DNA from: Octopus sinensis
Taxonomy: Eukaryota
Length of the DNA: 64,000 bases
Assembly: GCF_006345805.1 (NCBI RefSeq)
Contig: NC_042998.1
Location: 45,322,001-45,386,000 of the forward strand
Reading direction: 5' to 3'
Shown here: positions 11,895 to 26,556 of the stretch, in pieces
Layout: each line of letters starts with the position of its first letter
How positions within the stretch are numbered: position 1 is the stretch's first letter
Position numbers and translations under genes: made by a program
Notes under the pieces: generated by a model
Seen by the model: only the letters and a program-made list of their open reading frames with translations
Database searches by the model: none
Told to the model about the DNA's origin: nothing

Positions 11895-14750
11895 ACACAT
11901 GTGTGATCATGCACGCACAGTCTCTTTTAAGTTTCTACAGAGCAAATTCTCTCACAAGGCTTTGGCCAACTTGGAGCCATATAGTAGAAGACTGTTGGCC
12001 AAAGTGTCACAAAAAGGGACTGAATCTGAAAGTATGTGGTTGCAATGCAAACTTCTTAATGACACAGCCATACTGCACTTTAACATTATATAAACAAACC
12101 TGGAACATTATAAATAAAGTTCTAAGGAGAAGTCAAACAGAATAATTTCTTTGACTTAGTTGTCATAAAGGAAAAGATGTTGGGTGCTAAACCAAAGTAG
12201 CTGTACAGTTCAATTTATTCTTTGTAAGGCATAAGAGTGGTTGTGTGGTAAGTAGCTTGCTTACCAACCACATGGTTCTGGGTTCAGTCCTACTGTGTGG
12301 CACCTTGGGCAAGTGTCTTCTACTATAGCCTCAGGCCGACCAAAGCCTTGTGAGTGGATTTGGTAGATGGAAACTGAAAGAAGCCCGTCATATATATGTA
12401 TATACATGTATGTGTGTGTGTATATGATTGTGTGTCTGTTTTTGTGACCCCAACATCGCTTGACAACTGATGCTGGTGTGTTTATGTCCCCATAACTTAG
12501 CAGTTTGGCAAAAGAGAACGATAGAATAAGTACTAGGCTTACAAAGAATAAGTCCTGGGGGTGATTTGCTCAACTAAAGCGGTGCTCCAGCATGACCACA
12601 GTCAGAGGACTGAAACAAGTAAAAGAGTAAGCATTGAAAAATAAACACCAACAAAAACAATTTCACAGTCTCTGTAGCATTTACACCTATACCTTAAAGA
12701 GGATCATGCAACTAGATCCTTACGATTCTATTAAATAGTATTCGTGCTACTCTTTCTAGTCTGGAGTCTGAAACCTCTGTAGGATATTATGTGTAATATA
12801 TATGAGGTGGTGAGCTGATTGAATCATTAGCATGCCAGGCAAAATGCTTAGCAGCATTTCATTTGTCTTTGCTGTTTGAGTTCAAATTCCACCAGGGTTG
12901 ACTTTGTCTTTCATTCTTTCAGGGTTGATAAAATAAGAACCAAATGAGTACTGAGGTTGATGTAATTGACTCACTCCCTCCCCCAAAATTGCTGGCCTTG
13001 TGACAAAAATTGAAACCGTTAAGTGTAATATAATAGACATAGACATGGCTGCGTGGTACCTTGGATAAGTGTCTTCTACTATAGAACTGGGCCAACCAAT
13101 GCCATATAAATGGATTTTGTAGGCACAAACTGAAAGAATCCCATTACGTGTGTGTGTGTGTGTGTGTGTGTGCCTCCTTATCTTAATGCAGCATGATAGC
13201 TGTGAGTATCACCATCATACAAGTGGTGTCCTTCATTTCCCTTCTGAAAACCTGTCTGGACATGGGGAAATATTACTTTCCTTGGATGCAAGTGAGGGTT
13301 GGCAACAGGAAAGACATCCAGCTGTGGAAAATCTACCTCGTTGAATTCAGTCTAACCCATACGAGCATGAATAAAAATGGTGATGACAATAATGATGATT
13401 CTTTATCAAATATAACTTGACCTTCATAATTCAGCTCTTTAACCACAGTCTCAACAGATTCTTAGAATAAGAAATATGCTGAAATCATTCCTATGTTCAA
13501 ATGTAGACGTGATATAATACTAACTTTAATCTTTACTTGTATCAGTCAAAGGACTGCAGCCATGTTGGGGCACCGGCTTGAAAGGTTTAGTTAAACAAAT
13601 CAATCTCAGTACTTTTTTTTTTAAGCCTGCTACCCTATAATTTGCCAAACTAAATTATAGGGGACATGAAGAGACCAACACATTTGTCAATCAGTAGAAC
13701 AGAGTTACAATAACAAAGACACAGAGAGAGAGAGAGACACACACACACACATACACACACACAGGCTTCCACATTTTCCCTCTACCAAATTCACTCACAG
13801 GACATTAGTTGGCCCAGGGTTCTAGTTGAAGACATTTGTCCAAATTGCCACACAGTGTGACTGAACCTGAAACCACATGATTGCTAACCTAGCTTCTTAA
13901 CCACACAGCTGTATATAGATAAATTAAGAAATTCTTTTGAAACAGTGTTTGTAAAGGCTATCTCATTTGCAGACCACCCAACTACTACTACTACTACTAC
14001 TTCTAGTTAGACGTCTTTTCCTAAGTTTGGTACTTATTCTATTGATCTCTTTTTTTTTTTTTTGTCTAACCACTGAGTTACAGGGATATAAACAAACCAC
14101 CACTGGTTATCAAGCAGTGGAAGGACAAGTACAAACACAGACACACACACTGGCATGCATGCACACACACACACACATATATATGATACATGCTTCCACA
14201 CAGTTTCTGTCTACCAAATCCACTCACTAGGCATTGGTTAGCCCAGAGTTTATATAGGAGACATTTGCCCAAAGTACCATGCAGTGAGACTGAACTTCAA
14301 ACCTCATTGTTGCAAAGTGAGCTTCTTAATCACACAGCTATATGCATGTTACTCAGGTAAATGTTTAGTCAAACTGGAAGGCAAAAAGAGTTAGAGAAGA
14401 GTATTTCCTGGAGGGATAGTGATAACTGTGAGAAATAGGAGAAAATGAATTTTTTTTTTTTGTTGTTGTAAATAATCATCAATCACTTAACCTAAGTACA
14501 TTAGTGCATTTAATTGTTGTCTACTAAATGAAACCTTTTGTATTTGTTTATCCATGTATGTTTTGTATTACTGTAACTATGGGATGATGCCAAAGACATA
14601 GAATTTACATTACTCACATGGCAGTTGGACTGCTAAAGTATGAGATGAAATCAAAGGCATTCTAGATATTCAATATGTGATTGTCACACCACTGTTACAG
14701 CACATCGACATCACAGGCTTTAAATAGCATAAACATAAAGGAACACTCAG

Positions 14751-14791
<41 letters not shown>

Positions 14792-15247
14792 GGGAGAGAG
14801 AGAGAGGAAGGGAAGCAGGCGTGGCTGTGTGGTAAGAATTTACTTCCCAATTGTATGATTCCAGGTTCAGTCTCATTGTATGGCACCTTGAGCAAGTGTC
14901 TTCTACTATAACCTTTGGCAACCAAAGCCTTATTGGGTTTGGTAGACAGAGACTGGAAGAAGCTTCTCTGTGTGTGTGTGTGTGTGTCTGTCTTCCACCA
15001 TTACTTGACAGCTATTGTTGGTGTGTTTATGTTCCCATAACTTTGGTGTTTGGTAAAAGGAACCAATAGAATAAGTATCGGGATTTAAAAAATAAGTACT
15101 GGGATTGATTCATTCAGCTAACAATTCAAGGCAGTGTCCCAGCATGGCTGCAGTCTAATAACTGAGACAAGTAAAAGATATATATATATATCTTTTTTTT
15201 ACTTGTTTCAGTCATTTCACTGTGGACATGCATACATACACTTTGTT

Positions 15248-15285
<38 letters not shown>

Positions 15286-16397
15286 ACACACACACACACA
15301 CACACACACGTGCACATGTTCAACAGGCTCCCCTATAGTTCTGTCGTTGCCAGTATTAACCAATTCTGGGCTGTAGTATAAGACACTTTCCCAAGTTGCT
15401 GTACTGCTATAGTGTGGGACTGAACCCAAAGCCACATTTTTTAATTCTTTTATTTGTTTCAGTCATTTGACTGCAGCCATGCTGGAGCACTGCCTTTAGT
15501 CAAGCAAGTCAGCTCCAGGACTTATTCTTTGTAAGCCTAGTACTTATTCTATTGGTCTCTTTTGCCAAACCACTAACAGCATCAGTTGTCAAGCAATGTT
15601 GGAGTGACAAACACACACACACACATACATAAACACACACACACGCACTGGTTGGTAAGCAAGCACTTACCACACAGCCACTCCTGCACCTATGAACTTT
15701 TTTAACCATACTGCCATACCTGCACCTACATATATATTGCTCAGTGGAACAGTTGCTACACTTAGTTCGCTGGGACTGTGGGTTCAAGCCTCGCTATATG
15801 AACTTTACTGTGATCTGAATACAAGGAGATAATACAGTTTTACCAATATAGTTGTAGAGCAGCAGGGTAGTACTTTAAATAGATTATGTCTTCAGTTTCA
15901 TTCCTTAGTTAAAGTTGTGTACCTTTTGGTGTGAAGTAAAAAAAAAGTAATAACACCTCTTTAAGTAGAAAAAATGTGTGAACTTTTGCACCATCTCAAG
16001 GATCAGATGTTTCAGAAAGATACAATTTCAAAGGAGTTTTTATATTTTGCAGTTCTTTATAATCTTCTAATCATCTTAGAGGTTTCAAAATATCTGTGAA
16101 ATTTCCACAGGTATTGCCAGTATTAAATAAGAGTTTGTGAAAAACAGTAAAATCTAGATCCCCTTGAACTAGAGTCAACTATCTCTAATTACAACTAAAC
16201 AGATGTGATTAATTTGTACACAGAATTGTTGTTTTGGGGGGATTTTTTATTTTTATTTTGTAGTTAGAATTTCATTTTCTTTCTTCAATTTCTTCAATGT
16301 TTTTCTCATTTCTAGCACAATGTATGTATGTGTGTATGTATGTACACACATACATTGTTTTTGTATTTGGTTGCAAGATGCAAGATTCTTGATATAC

Positions 16398-16499
<102 letters not shown>

Positions 16500-17659
16500 C
16501 ATCAAGTACAGGACATCACCAACAAGTGAAAAATATGTAAAAATATACACACATATACATATATATATTCTGTTTTATTTTTGTTTTTCTAAATTTAAAA
16601 CTTTTCCTTTAACTCTGTATTCAAGTTTCTTTAATTTCTTCATTAACAGTAAATGTTCTGAAATACAGTTATGGCTAAGAGCATCTACTTCTTAAGCATC
16701 CAACATTTTTTGAAGTTTGTGTGCATGTATATACCACACACATACACACACACAGATATATATATGTATTGTACTAAATATAATATCCATCTAGTTAATT
16801 GAATAAAATTTCTAAGTTAATGGGAAAACATTAAAAAAAGATAAAACGACAAAGCTGGACAAAGTGTGCAATCAAAAATGTGACGTCCTTTGATTAAGCT
16901 ATCTTCCAAAACCTAATAGGTTAAAGAAAATATATAAACTAGAACATTAATGTTGCAAAAGTTAAATCCAATGAAAACGAACGGATAGATAAAAAGATAA
17001 TAATTAATCTTTGAGCACCTTTTTATAATTTGATCTTCTGTTATAAGGATGGGAACAGAATTGCTCCTTGTAAACAGTGTGAACTAAAGTTGTACAGCTA
17101 TTAAAATTACACCAATTAGGCAGCCTCTGACATGGTGGCTTGGCCTGATAGAAGTAGCATCCAAGTTTCTCTCAAACAAACTCCATACTGAATCACATGG
17201 CATATTTTCTGGCAAACAAGTCAGCATGGTATATAGTGTAGTGTAAACATTATCACTATCTTTCCAAATCCTGCTACATTTCAAATAGAATTTTCGGTCC
17301 TTCAAAGCCATTTTGGTGTACAAGTCAGCCTGTAAGGTCTCTTTGCTGCTTGCAGTAGGTAATATGTTGAAATAGAATTTTCAATATAGACTTAAATAAA
17401 AAATGCTTCAAAAATGCATTTGCCATTATGTCAGTATTTCCTGCAGAACCTCATTTGGGAAATGCTGGTTTATATTGGCATAGGTGTAGCTGTGTGGTTG
17501 AGAAATTTGCTTCCCAACCATATGGTCTCAGGTTCAATCCCACCATATGGCACTCTGAGTGAATGTCTTCTATTATAACCACAGGCCAACCAAAGCCTTG
17601 TAAATGGATTGGGTTGAAGAAACTGAAAATGCCCATCATTTGCGTGTGTGTGTGTGTGT

Positions 17660-17840
17660 AAGCAAATCGAAAATAAAACAAAAGTGAAAAGGACGTACAC
17701 ATGGAATGTATCAGCTTAACACTCAGTATATGATGAGAAAAAGAGTGAGTGTATAACATTTTGAGTATGGCTCATCATCAGAAAGAGGAGAGAGGAAAGG
17801 TCTGGAGAGAAGGAATAAAAAAAAAACTTCAAGGAAAGCA
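17660..17840 (-). mobile_element. Second copy of the same hammerhead-bearing repeat
   Basis: Minus strand reads cttt CTGATGA T GAGC cat ACTC AAAA TG TT; the downstream ctgatacattccatgtgtacgtcctttt matches the 41.9 kb copy. Confidence 0.55.
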
Positions 17841-19074
17841 TGTGTGTGGTTACATGGCCGTGTGTGTGTGTGTGTTGGTGTCTCTTTGCCTTGACTTCAT
17901 GTTGTAGCTGTAAATGAATGTCACTGTCACGCAAGCTGTGCCTTTCGTTTCCTGTCTCCCATGTCATGGAGAAATATTGCTTTACTTGGAAACAGGTGAG
18001 AGTTGATGACAGGAAAGGCATCTAGTCATAGAAAATCTGCCTCAACAAGTTCCATCCGTGGAAAAGCGGACATTTAACAATAATGATGATTTCTGTATAA
18101 TTTCATTGTACAGAAGACTTTATTTCTTCATTAAATTGATATCATCGTTATTCATCCATAAGTCAGTCCTGACCAAGAAGTATAATCAAAGGTATTATGA
18201 CTATTCTTACTTGTATTCTCTTTCTTTTTAAAACAACCAGGTATAATTTTAGAGAACAAAATAAATCAGTTCTTGACTGCACTAAAAGTAGAGTCCCCCC
18301 CCCCCCCGAAACATTTTATGTATCACAGCATGAAAACTGACTAGACAAAACTTTGGCAAATCTATAGTTACTTTTAATCAGCCTAAAATGTGACCACCGA
18401 ATTTATTAATATAAAATATTCACAGCATGTTTGATCAAGAAGAGGTCTCTCTTAAATACATTCACCTTTCCCGAAATAATAAATAAATTCCTTATGTAAT
18501 ATAACTAAATATAAATCCCTGATATTTAGTCACTAAAAATGATAAAATAAACTAGGTTAGACTGTTGAATATCTCAATTCAGACAGAGTAACAGCCTAAC
18601 AGTTATTTATATATCTATCTCTGTATTAAAATAATTTGTCTGTCTGTGGATGTCTTTCACCAAGAGAGCAACACTTTTGTCACTTTTGCCCTTCATGACA
18701 CAGTGTTATGTATATATATATATATATATATATCAGACCTTTTCAACTTGAGTATGTTTGGTTGCATTCCTATACATGAGTTTAAGTATACCTAACATGT
18801 GTTATCTGCTTAATGTAGACTTGAAATTTATTCAGACATACATACTCAGAGATGCACTTATCGTCACATCTCTCTCTCTCTCACACACACATGCAGGCAC
18901 CTATACACATATATGCAAACATTGTCATCATTTTAATGTACACTTTTTCATGCTAGCATGTGTTAGGTTTTCATGGAGAATTGAAAACGAAAGACACTGC
19001 TTGTGTGATGGTGATCTCTTTTGCAACTATTATACAAAGTCAAGGCAAAGAGAGGGTAATGCACACACTCCTAC

Positions 19075-19105
<31 letters not shown>

Positions 19106-22100
19106 TAGGATCAAAGGTTCTTCCAAGCCATAGGCCCATAAGGCCAGTTTTCTGAATTTTGTGGCATATATGTTCCCTGCCTGGATGGGATGTCAGTCTG
19201 TCACAAGATTACTCATTTTTGCCTGTCGAGTGGACTGGAGCAGCATGGAATGAAGTGTTTTGCTCAAGAACACAATGCATCGCCTGGTCTGGGAATCAAA
19301 ATTACAATCTTACAATTAAGAATGCAACATCTCAACCACTAAATCATGTACCTACACGCACATACACAATATCTGATGAGCTTCTTTCAGTTTCCATCTA
19401 GCAAATCCTCTCAAGGCTTTGATTGACCTGAGGCTATAGTAGAAAGCACTTGCTGAAGGTGCCCTGCCATGAGATTGAACTTGAGACCATGTGGTTGGAA
19501 AGTTTTCCCCTCAGCCCCTCTTTTTTTTTCACATACTTGTGTATAATCCATCATCATCATCATCCAGAATTTGTCCCTGCTAATGGGGGTGACCGGATCT
19601 ACCTCAATGCCATAGCAACTTAGGTAGGCAGGTGCAGCCCACCTCAACCTTTGGGCTGGCTGGTACCCATTCTCATTTGCTATCATGAGGCTTTTTTTTT
19701 GAGCTGGATTTTCTTGCTTACCCACAACCTCAGTTTCTAGACATGAATGGTCCTGAGACCAAGACCTCTACCACGATTTTTAAGAAATGTGGTTGAAAAC
19801 TAGCTCAGGAAGGCAGGGACGCTACTCCCTGAGACCCCTTTTGTATTCTTTTATTTCTTTTACTGATTTCAGTCATTGGATTGCAGCCATGCTGAGGCAC
19901 TTGCTGAGACCCCCTTCGGTCATGAATAACCATGGGATTGCACCTAGAAAGTTACCCTCCCAGGCACAAGTCCGGGCAAGGTTGGTTATGGAAGACCAGC
20001 AGTCGCTCATGCATGCCGGCCTCCCCTCTCCACACTACCAGTGTTATCCAAGGGAAAGGCAAAGACCGATACAGCTTGGCACCTGTGATGTTGCAATTCA
20101 TTTCTACAGCTGAGTGAACTGGAGCAACATGAAAGAAAGTGTCTTGCTCAAAAACACAACACGCAGCCCAGTTCGGGATTCGAACTCACAACCTCACAAT
20201 CGTAAGCTTGACGCGGTAACCACTGAGCCATGCGCCTTCACATTAAGGTTTTAGATGATTAATGTCAACCCCTTACTGATTTCAGTTTGTTACTTATTTT
20301 ATTGATATCTATTTGTCAAACCACTACATAACACTACATAAAGGGGTACACTGTAAACAACAATGCTTTTAGACCAATGAAATTACAACCTACATTCTAG
20401 AAAACAATAACATGCTGGTTGATGGGCACTGTACTCTCTGCCTTGGAAAGAAACGGGATGGGCACAGCTGGAATGCCTTTCATCATAAGTATATTCAATC
20501 ATGAATGACATGTAGCTAAACTATGACTAAAACAGCCATGGATTAATAATAGAGCCACTGTGCTGTCATTCAGAATGCTAGAAATAGCTGCCAAGTTTCC
20601 ATCAATCATAATATCTTAAAAAGAAATGGGAGATTTTGGACAATGTCACCCATGATATATACAGAAAGGATGGTCATGGCTAAGACACTTTTTATCATAT
20701 CTCTACTCAACCAGGACTAACATTGGGGCTAAACAATAATATTTAAAGGATCCCTTACACTGCAAGAAATAGCAGTCAAGGCTTAATCATATCACACTCT
20801 ATGCATTATATTAGAAAATGTAGTGTCTAATATATATAACAAGGCAAATAGATGGTTACAACTGAAAGGCTTTTATCATAGGCCTGCTCAATCTGATCAA
20901 GCTTCATTCTGTTTTCTTTTTTTTTTTTATTTGACATTTTCAATTAGTGCTTTATTTATTAACTGGAAAAAAAATTACAATACATCTGGAAAAATGTGTA
21001 CTTTTTGATTGAACCCCTTCAGTTTTTTGGGTTTTTTAAAGTTTGTGTGTGTGTGTGTGTAATCGCATCATCATCATACGTCCACTATACATGCTTGCTT
21101 GGGTCAAATAAAATTTCTACAGCTGGATGTTCTTCTAACCAACTTTCACTTGTTTCCCAGCAAGGTAATATTTCCTGTGGTCACATATTTTCCAAGGAAG
21201 ACTGGAAATAAACAACATCACTTATATGACAGTGATACTCGTTTACAACCATCATATGATGTCATGGCAAGGGCACACGCTTAAATATGTTCTTACACTC
21301 ACACACACACACATTCCTTCTCTCTCTTTCACATATGTGTAGAAATATTAATGTACAAAGTGATATTTGTTTATATCAGCATTACCCAACCATTTATCAT
21401 ACATTCAATATCTCATAGATCTCCTACATTAAAAGCTATATCTTCATTAATCTTTTACTGTCTTTTACATAAAGTTTAAATTTCATGAGATAAAACAAAT
21501 GAGAAAATGCACACACACACACCAAAGAGGACCTATGAAATTTTGTCTTAACTAAGACCTTAAGACCAAACTCTACAATTCTCAATTAAGAAATCATTTT
21601 CCCTCTTCTTTTCATTAAAATTATCACACTAAAATGTACATATAATGTTGTGTCTGGGGAGAGTCATTTTCTTTTTGTGCCTTATAATGTAACACACTCA
21701 CCAGTAAAATTTCCACTTTTTTCTTATTTTTATTTTCCAAAAGCAAAATGTGCATGTAAATAAAACTGATATTTATTTGACCCATGCAAGCATTTATAGT
21801 GGATGTGTGATGATGATGTGATTACACACACACAAGCTAAGAAAAGTGTAAACAAGTAAACGATATAGCTTACGTAGACAGGCTAAACCTTTGTTAAAGT
21901 AAATTATAAAGGATGTGCATACACAAGATCGTCATTAGAATTATTAGACTATGTCCTGTACAATATCTTGTTTACAGTTTTATTTCAAATCTGGCTTTCA
22001 TTTATATACAAGAGCATAACATGTAATAAGAGAATGACATCGAAATAGGCCATGACCTACTTTACCTGCTTTATATGTAGAAAAGACATGCTTCATCAAC

Positions 22101-22548
22101 CATAGTAGTGACAATCTGTGTTTACCCACTTTATGTCAAGTTAATGAGAGAGCCTCTGTATGGTTGTTCGTTCTGTTAGAAATAGCAGCCAAATTCTTCC
22201 TCAAGTCACACCCTACATCTTAAAAAGGGGAGATATACTAAGTGTAATATAGTGGCTGATATATTTGACTCACATAAGGATTAATAACAATCTACTTTCT
22301 CAAAAGCTATCTTTGTTGGTCATAGATTTTTTTGGCCTAGTATACAGAGAATGGACACATTATCTAGACAGGATAATTAGTGGTTTTAAGTAATTACCTC
22401 AAACCTTTGACATTTAAACTGACCATATCTGACCTGTTTAATGTTCAAACTGGTCAGATCCAACCGCTTACACCTGCCTTACAATATAAACAATTACATC
22501 ATTGAAATCTTGAAGTTACAAAATAATGTGTGATAAATTCAAAAGAAT

Positions 22549-22800
22549 CATCATCATTTAATGTCCGTTTTCTATGCTGGCACGGGTTGCACAGTTTGAC
22601 CAGAGCTCGGAAGCTGCACCAGGTTCCAGTCTGACTTGGCTAGATGTCCTTCCTAACGCCAACCACTTTACAGTGTGTGTTGAGTGCTTTTAATGTGGCA
22701 TCTGCACAAGCGCTCTTACATGGCACCATCACAAATACATTTTATGTCACACTGGCACAGGACTCTTGCAAGCCAACACGCCTCACCAGAGGATGCAGCG
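22549..22800 (-). mobile_element. RTE 3'-end fragment nested in a piggyBac-like MITE
   Basis: Same 3'-terminal signature; the MITE sequence resumes at about 22801. Confidence 0.75.
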
Positions 22801-24699
22801 AAAAATGTGAATAAATAGGCATTACATTTGACAGGGTAATCTGAATGTTAAAACTTTATGCATACTGTCATTAACGATCATAGTGATTTGTGTTCTGTTG
22901 TTCTACTTCCTTTTCTCTTTCTTCTCTGCTATTATCTTCACCTTTTTCTAATTCCTTTTTATTCTGTCTTTTTTTTCTTCTTCATTTCAAAATATGCATG
23001 ACTCCTTAGATACCAAAACAAAAATGTGTGAAATAAGATTGGGTGCTACTTCTAGAAAGACGATTTTTGTATCTAACTGTAGTGGTAACAAAACATAAGC
23101 ATCACAAAATATGTATAAAAGAAAAGTGGAAAAAATGGATTTTGAAAAATATTGAGGTCTTGATAAACTCCAAATTAACTGTCACTTCGTCACTAACCCT
23201 TTTGTTATCATCTTTGTGTTGAAATACACTGCCTTTGTTTCATTTAATTTTGAAAATAATGAAAAATTCAGGAAAATATCTTTTATTATTAAACTGGTCT
23301 ATGAAACATAAATCAACATGAAATTTTGATGGAAGATTTTTATCTAAAACACTTCAGAAAAATTTTAATTTGATCATTAAACCAGAGGCAGTCTTAGGCG
23401 GGTTGTATCAAAGGTGAAAGCTTTTTCATGCTAAAGAACAACAGAAGTCATTGAAAATTTGCTACCTACTTAGTATCCATCTTCTTTGTGAAGACAGTCA
23501 TGTTTGCTTCTACAAAGAAACTGCCTCACGTTATTATTATTGTCTTAACAGAAAATATAATTAACAAGAACTTCCACATAAAATACAGGCTCAAAGTACA
23601 GACATTCACACAAATTATATATTTGGTATTATCTTTGTTAAATGAACTGTAACATTGTTAAGATTGCTATGCAATTACATGAATCTGAAGTCACGCGTTA
23701 GCGAATCAGTTAATTAGGTATGTCAATGTTTTGTCTTAGGGAATATTGAATTCAAGTCATACTGAAATAAGAGTGCAAGTATGTTTTACCAGAGTTTTTA
23801 TTTTTTTATTATTTACAAGCCTGTAAATTTAAGTAGTAACCGTAGTGAGGCTTTTGTAGAGAGCTCTAATTACATAAATGTACTAACGAATGTGTCTAAA
23901 TGTCACTTGCTCTTCTATGATGTTCAATTGTTTGGGAATGATCAAAGTATTCAATCTGGACGAAATATAATTTACTTAATTTATCTGTTTGAAGAGAGAT
24001 TTGTTTCAAATGATGAAATATTACAAGCCTTTGATTTCTATAATTTTATTTTAAGTCTTAAGATAACCATTACAGGGGTGGGGGCTAAATAAAACCAGTT
24101 ACTGGTGATCAGCACAATATTTCGTTAATCTACCAGCCACTCAGGTCACCACATCAAAAATTTGTTTGTGTGTATATGCACGTGTACAAGTATGTATGCT
24201 TGTATCCATGTTATTAAGTTTTGTTTCTAGATTTCTTACCAATGGAGAAAGAACTGATTTATAACCCAGATCCAAGGCTCTTTCATTGGTATTTTAACAA
24301 CAAGATGGTTATGGGTGTGTGTGTGTGTGTGTGTGTATTTGGAGTCAGTACCTTTGCAGCTCTGTATGTTTTGTTTTATGCATGTATATTCATACATATA
24401 ATTGCACATCAACATGTGCATGTGTATTTATACACTAAACTGTATGTATATGTGTATGGTCATTTGTGTGTGTGTGTGTGTGTGTGTGTGTATGCATAGT
24501 TCAGTTCCAGGTCCAAGCAGTGTGTCACATCTTTGATCAAGGCACTTCATTTCATGCTACTCCATTGTTCTCTCCCATCGCCTGTCATGTCCTCAATGTT
24601 CTGCTGGGTCAAAGGCGAGAGGACTGGGGTTTTATGTCTGCTCATAAATGTATAGGTACCTAAAACAATTAGCAAAGCATTTTACCTACCACCAAGTCA

Positions 24700-25290
24700 T
24701 ACTTACTTGCAAGTGATGGCTATGCTTTTAAATATTTATATAATATTCCCATATCAGTGATCAAACCTGGGCTGCTTGGGTGAAGTCCACCAATCCTGTC
24801 ATTCTAGACTACAGCCTATTTATGTATAAAATATTTAGGCATCCCTCTTTCAGGCTTCCTTTCCTCTTATTCCTCTCTCATTCATTTCCATCACTTCACT
24901 CACTAAGTCACTTTCATCCTTCCTCAGCACATGACTCAACCATTTCATCCCATTTCTCTTCACATCATCCATCACAGGGTGAATTCCTATCATTCTCTGC
25001 AATTCATTGGTTGTCTTCCCCTTTCTCCGAGCTACATCATAGCATACCTCATATATGCAGCATACACCTGTTCTTTTAGTTTCAGTGGCATTCTCATCTT
25101 CATTAGCTTACTAATCAGTTCTTGGAACTTATTTCAGGTTTGTCTCATTCATACCACCATCACCTAGTCCAATTCACCTTCTTCATTCAACCTATCTCTT
25201 AGGTAACAAAATCTTTTAACACTTTCCATTTTCACATCTTTTCCAACTCAACATTCCTTCTTTCTACACTTTCCTGCTTAGACACCCTAC
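24700..25290 (-). mobile_element. Old RTE ORF fragment (endonuclease-RT linker)
   Basis: Patchy similarity to 48650-49100; heavily decayed. Confidence 0.4.
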
Positions 25291-25296
25291 CCTTAA

Positions 25297-25517
25297 CCCT
25301 TTTGATACCAACCTGCCTGAAACCGACTCTGACTCTGTAGTACAAATGTCTTGTTTTCTAAAGTTCTGAATTAAAATCTGCCACCAAATCTTAGTCACAA
25401 TTTATGTTCCTAACACTAGCTTAATGATAACGAAGTTATTTTACTAAATTCTTTGTTATATTTAAAGTAATTGAAAGAACTGCAGAGTATCTCAAAATAA
25501 ATACGGTAACGAAAGGG
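25297..25517. mobile_element. piggyBac-like MITE family P1
   Basis: TTAA-CCCTTTTGATACC ... GGTAACGAAAGGG-TTAA. Related copies at 544-1096 (interrupted), 23197-23415, 55664-55860 and 62255-62460. Confidence 0.8.
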
Positions 25518-26556
25518 TTAAATGTGATTACCATACTAGTCAATATCCCTTTCACATCACTATGTTTTCAGTCCCATGTATATCTAACATGAGAATAAGT
25601 ACACTGTATACCTGTGTTGTGAAAGGGTTGATATTATGAAGGGCATCCAGCCATAAAATACTGGCTCAAAAATGATGTGGATGATTGTGTTTTCTCTTGG
25701 AAATATTATATACTGGATTCTGAAAGCTCTAGAATAGAATATTTCCTCGGAAAAAACGAACTTATTTAATTATTCTAGATATGTATTCCTCCAAATCCAC
25801 TGCAATTTATATACTGAAGGTAGTAAGTTATTTAGATATAGTTCAAAACAACATCTCTTACCAGGAAAAGAAAATACAATTGAAAGACATGGTATTTATA
25901 TGTATGTGTGTATATATATACACAATTATGGTATGTTTTAACACTATTACAGATTTCAATATTTCAGTATCATTGCAGCTGTTGAAGATTAAGTAAAGTT
26001 TGGTTACCTTCCATGAAATTATTGATAATTTGCTTAAAATAGGTGCCAAGTCAATACAGCTATTTTAGGACTGCAATTGTTTGTTTTGCCAGATTTCTTA
26101 AATTCACTCCTTTCATATCGTAAACATTATATATAAGGACAAGGAAAAAAAAAAAGCAAATATTGAAATTACTTCAATTTTTTTTTCACTAGACTGGGTA
26201 AATTTAGTTCAAGGTGGGGCATTGACTTTCAAACCTACCTTGACTAAAATACTGTTGTTGTTTAGTAACACGTTGTCCCTGATCAAGCAAACATATGGTC
26301 AAGAGGATTCTAGCCATGACCATCCCATCTTTTGAAATATTTTATCTTCAGTTGTATCATTTTTATTTTTTACTTGTTTCAGTCATTGGACTGTGGCCAT
26401 GCTGGGGCACTGCCTTGAAGGGTTTTAAGCCAAATAGTATTTATTATTTTCAAATCTAGTACTTGTTCTATTAGTTTCTTTTACCAAACCACTAAATTAT
26501 GGAGACATAAACAAACCAACACTGGTTGTCCAAGCACACACATACACACACACATA

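Noticed and set aside
17084-17323. 79 aa minus-strand ORF in unique sequence
   Set aside because: No motif or convincing splice structure; its length is within chance expectation.
20150-20242. tRNA gene
   Set aside because: It is a tRNA-derived SINE-C head continuing into core and tail; the acceptor stem is incomplete. The same applies to the other SINE heads.
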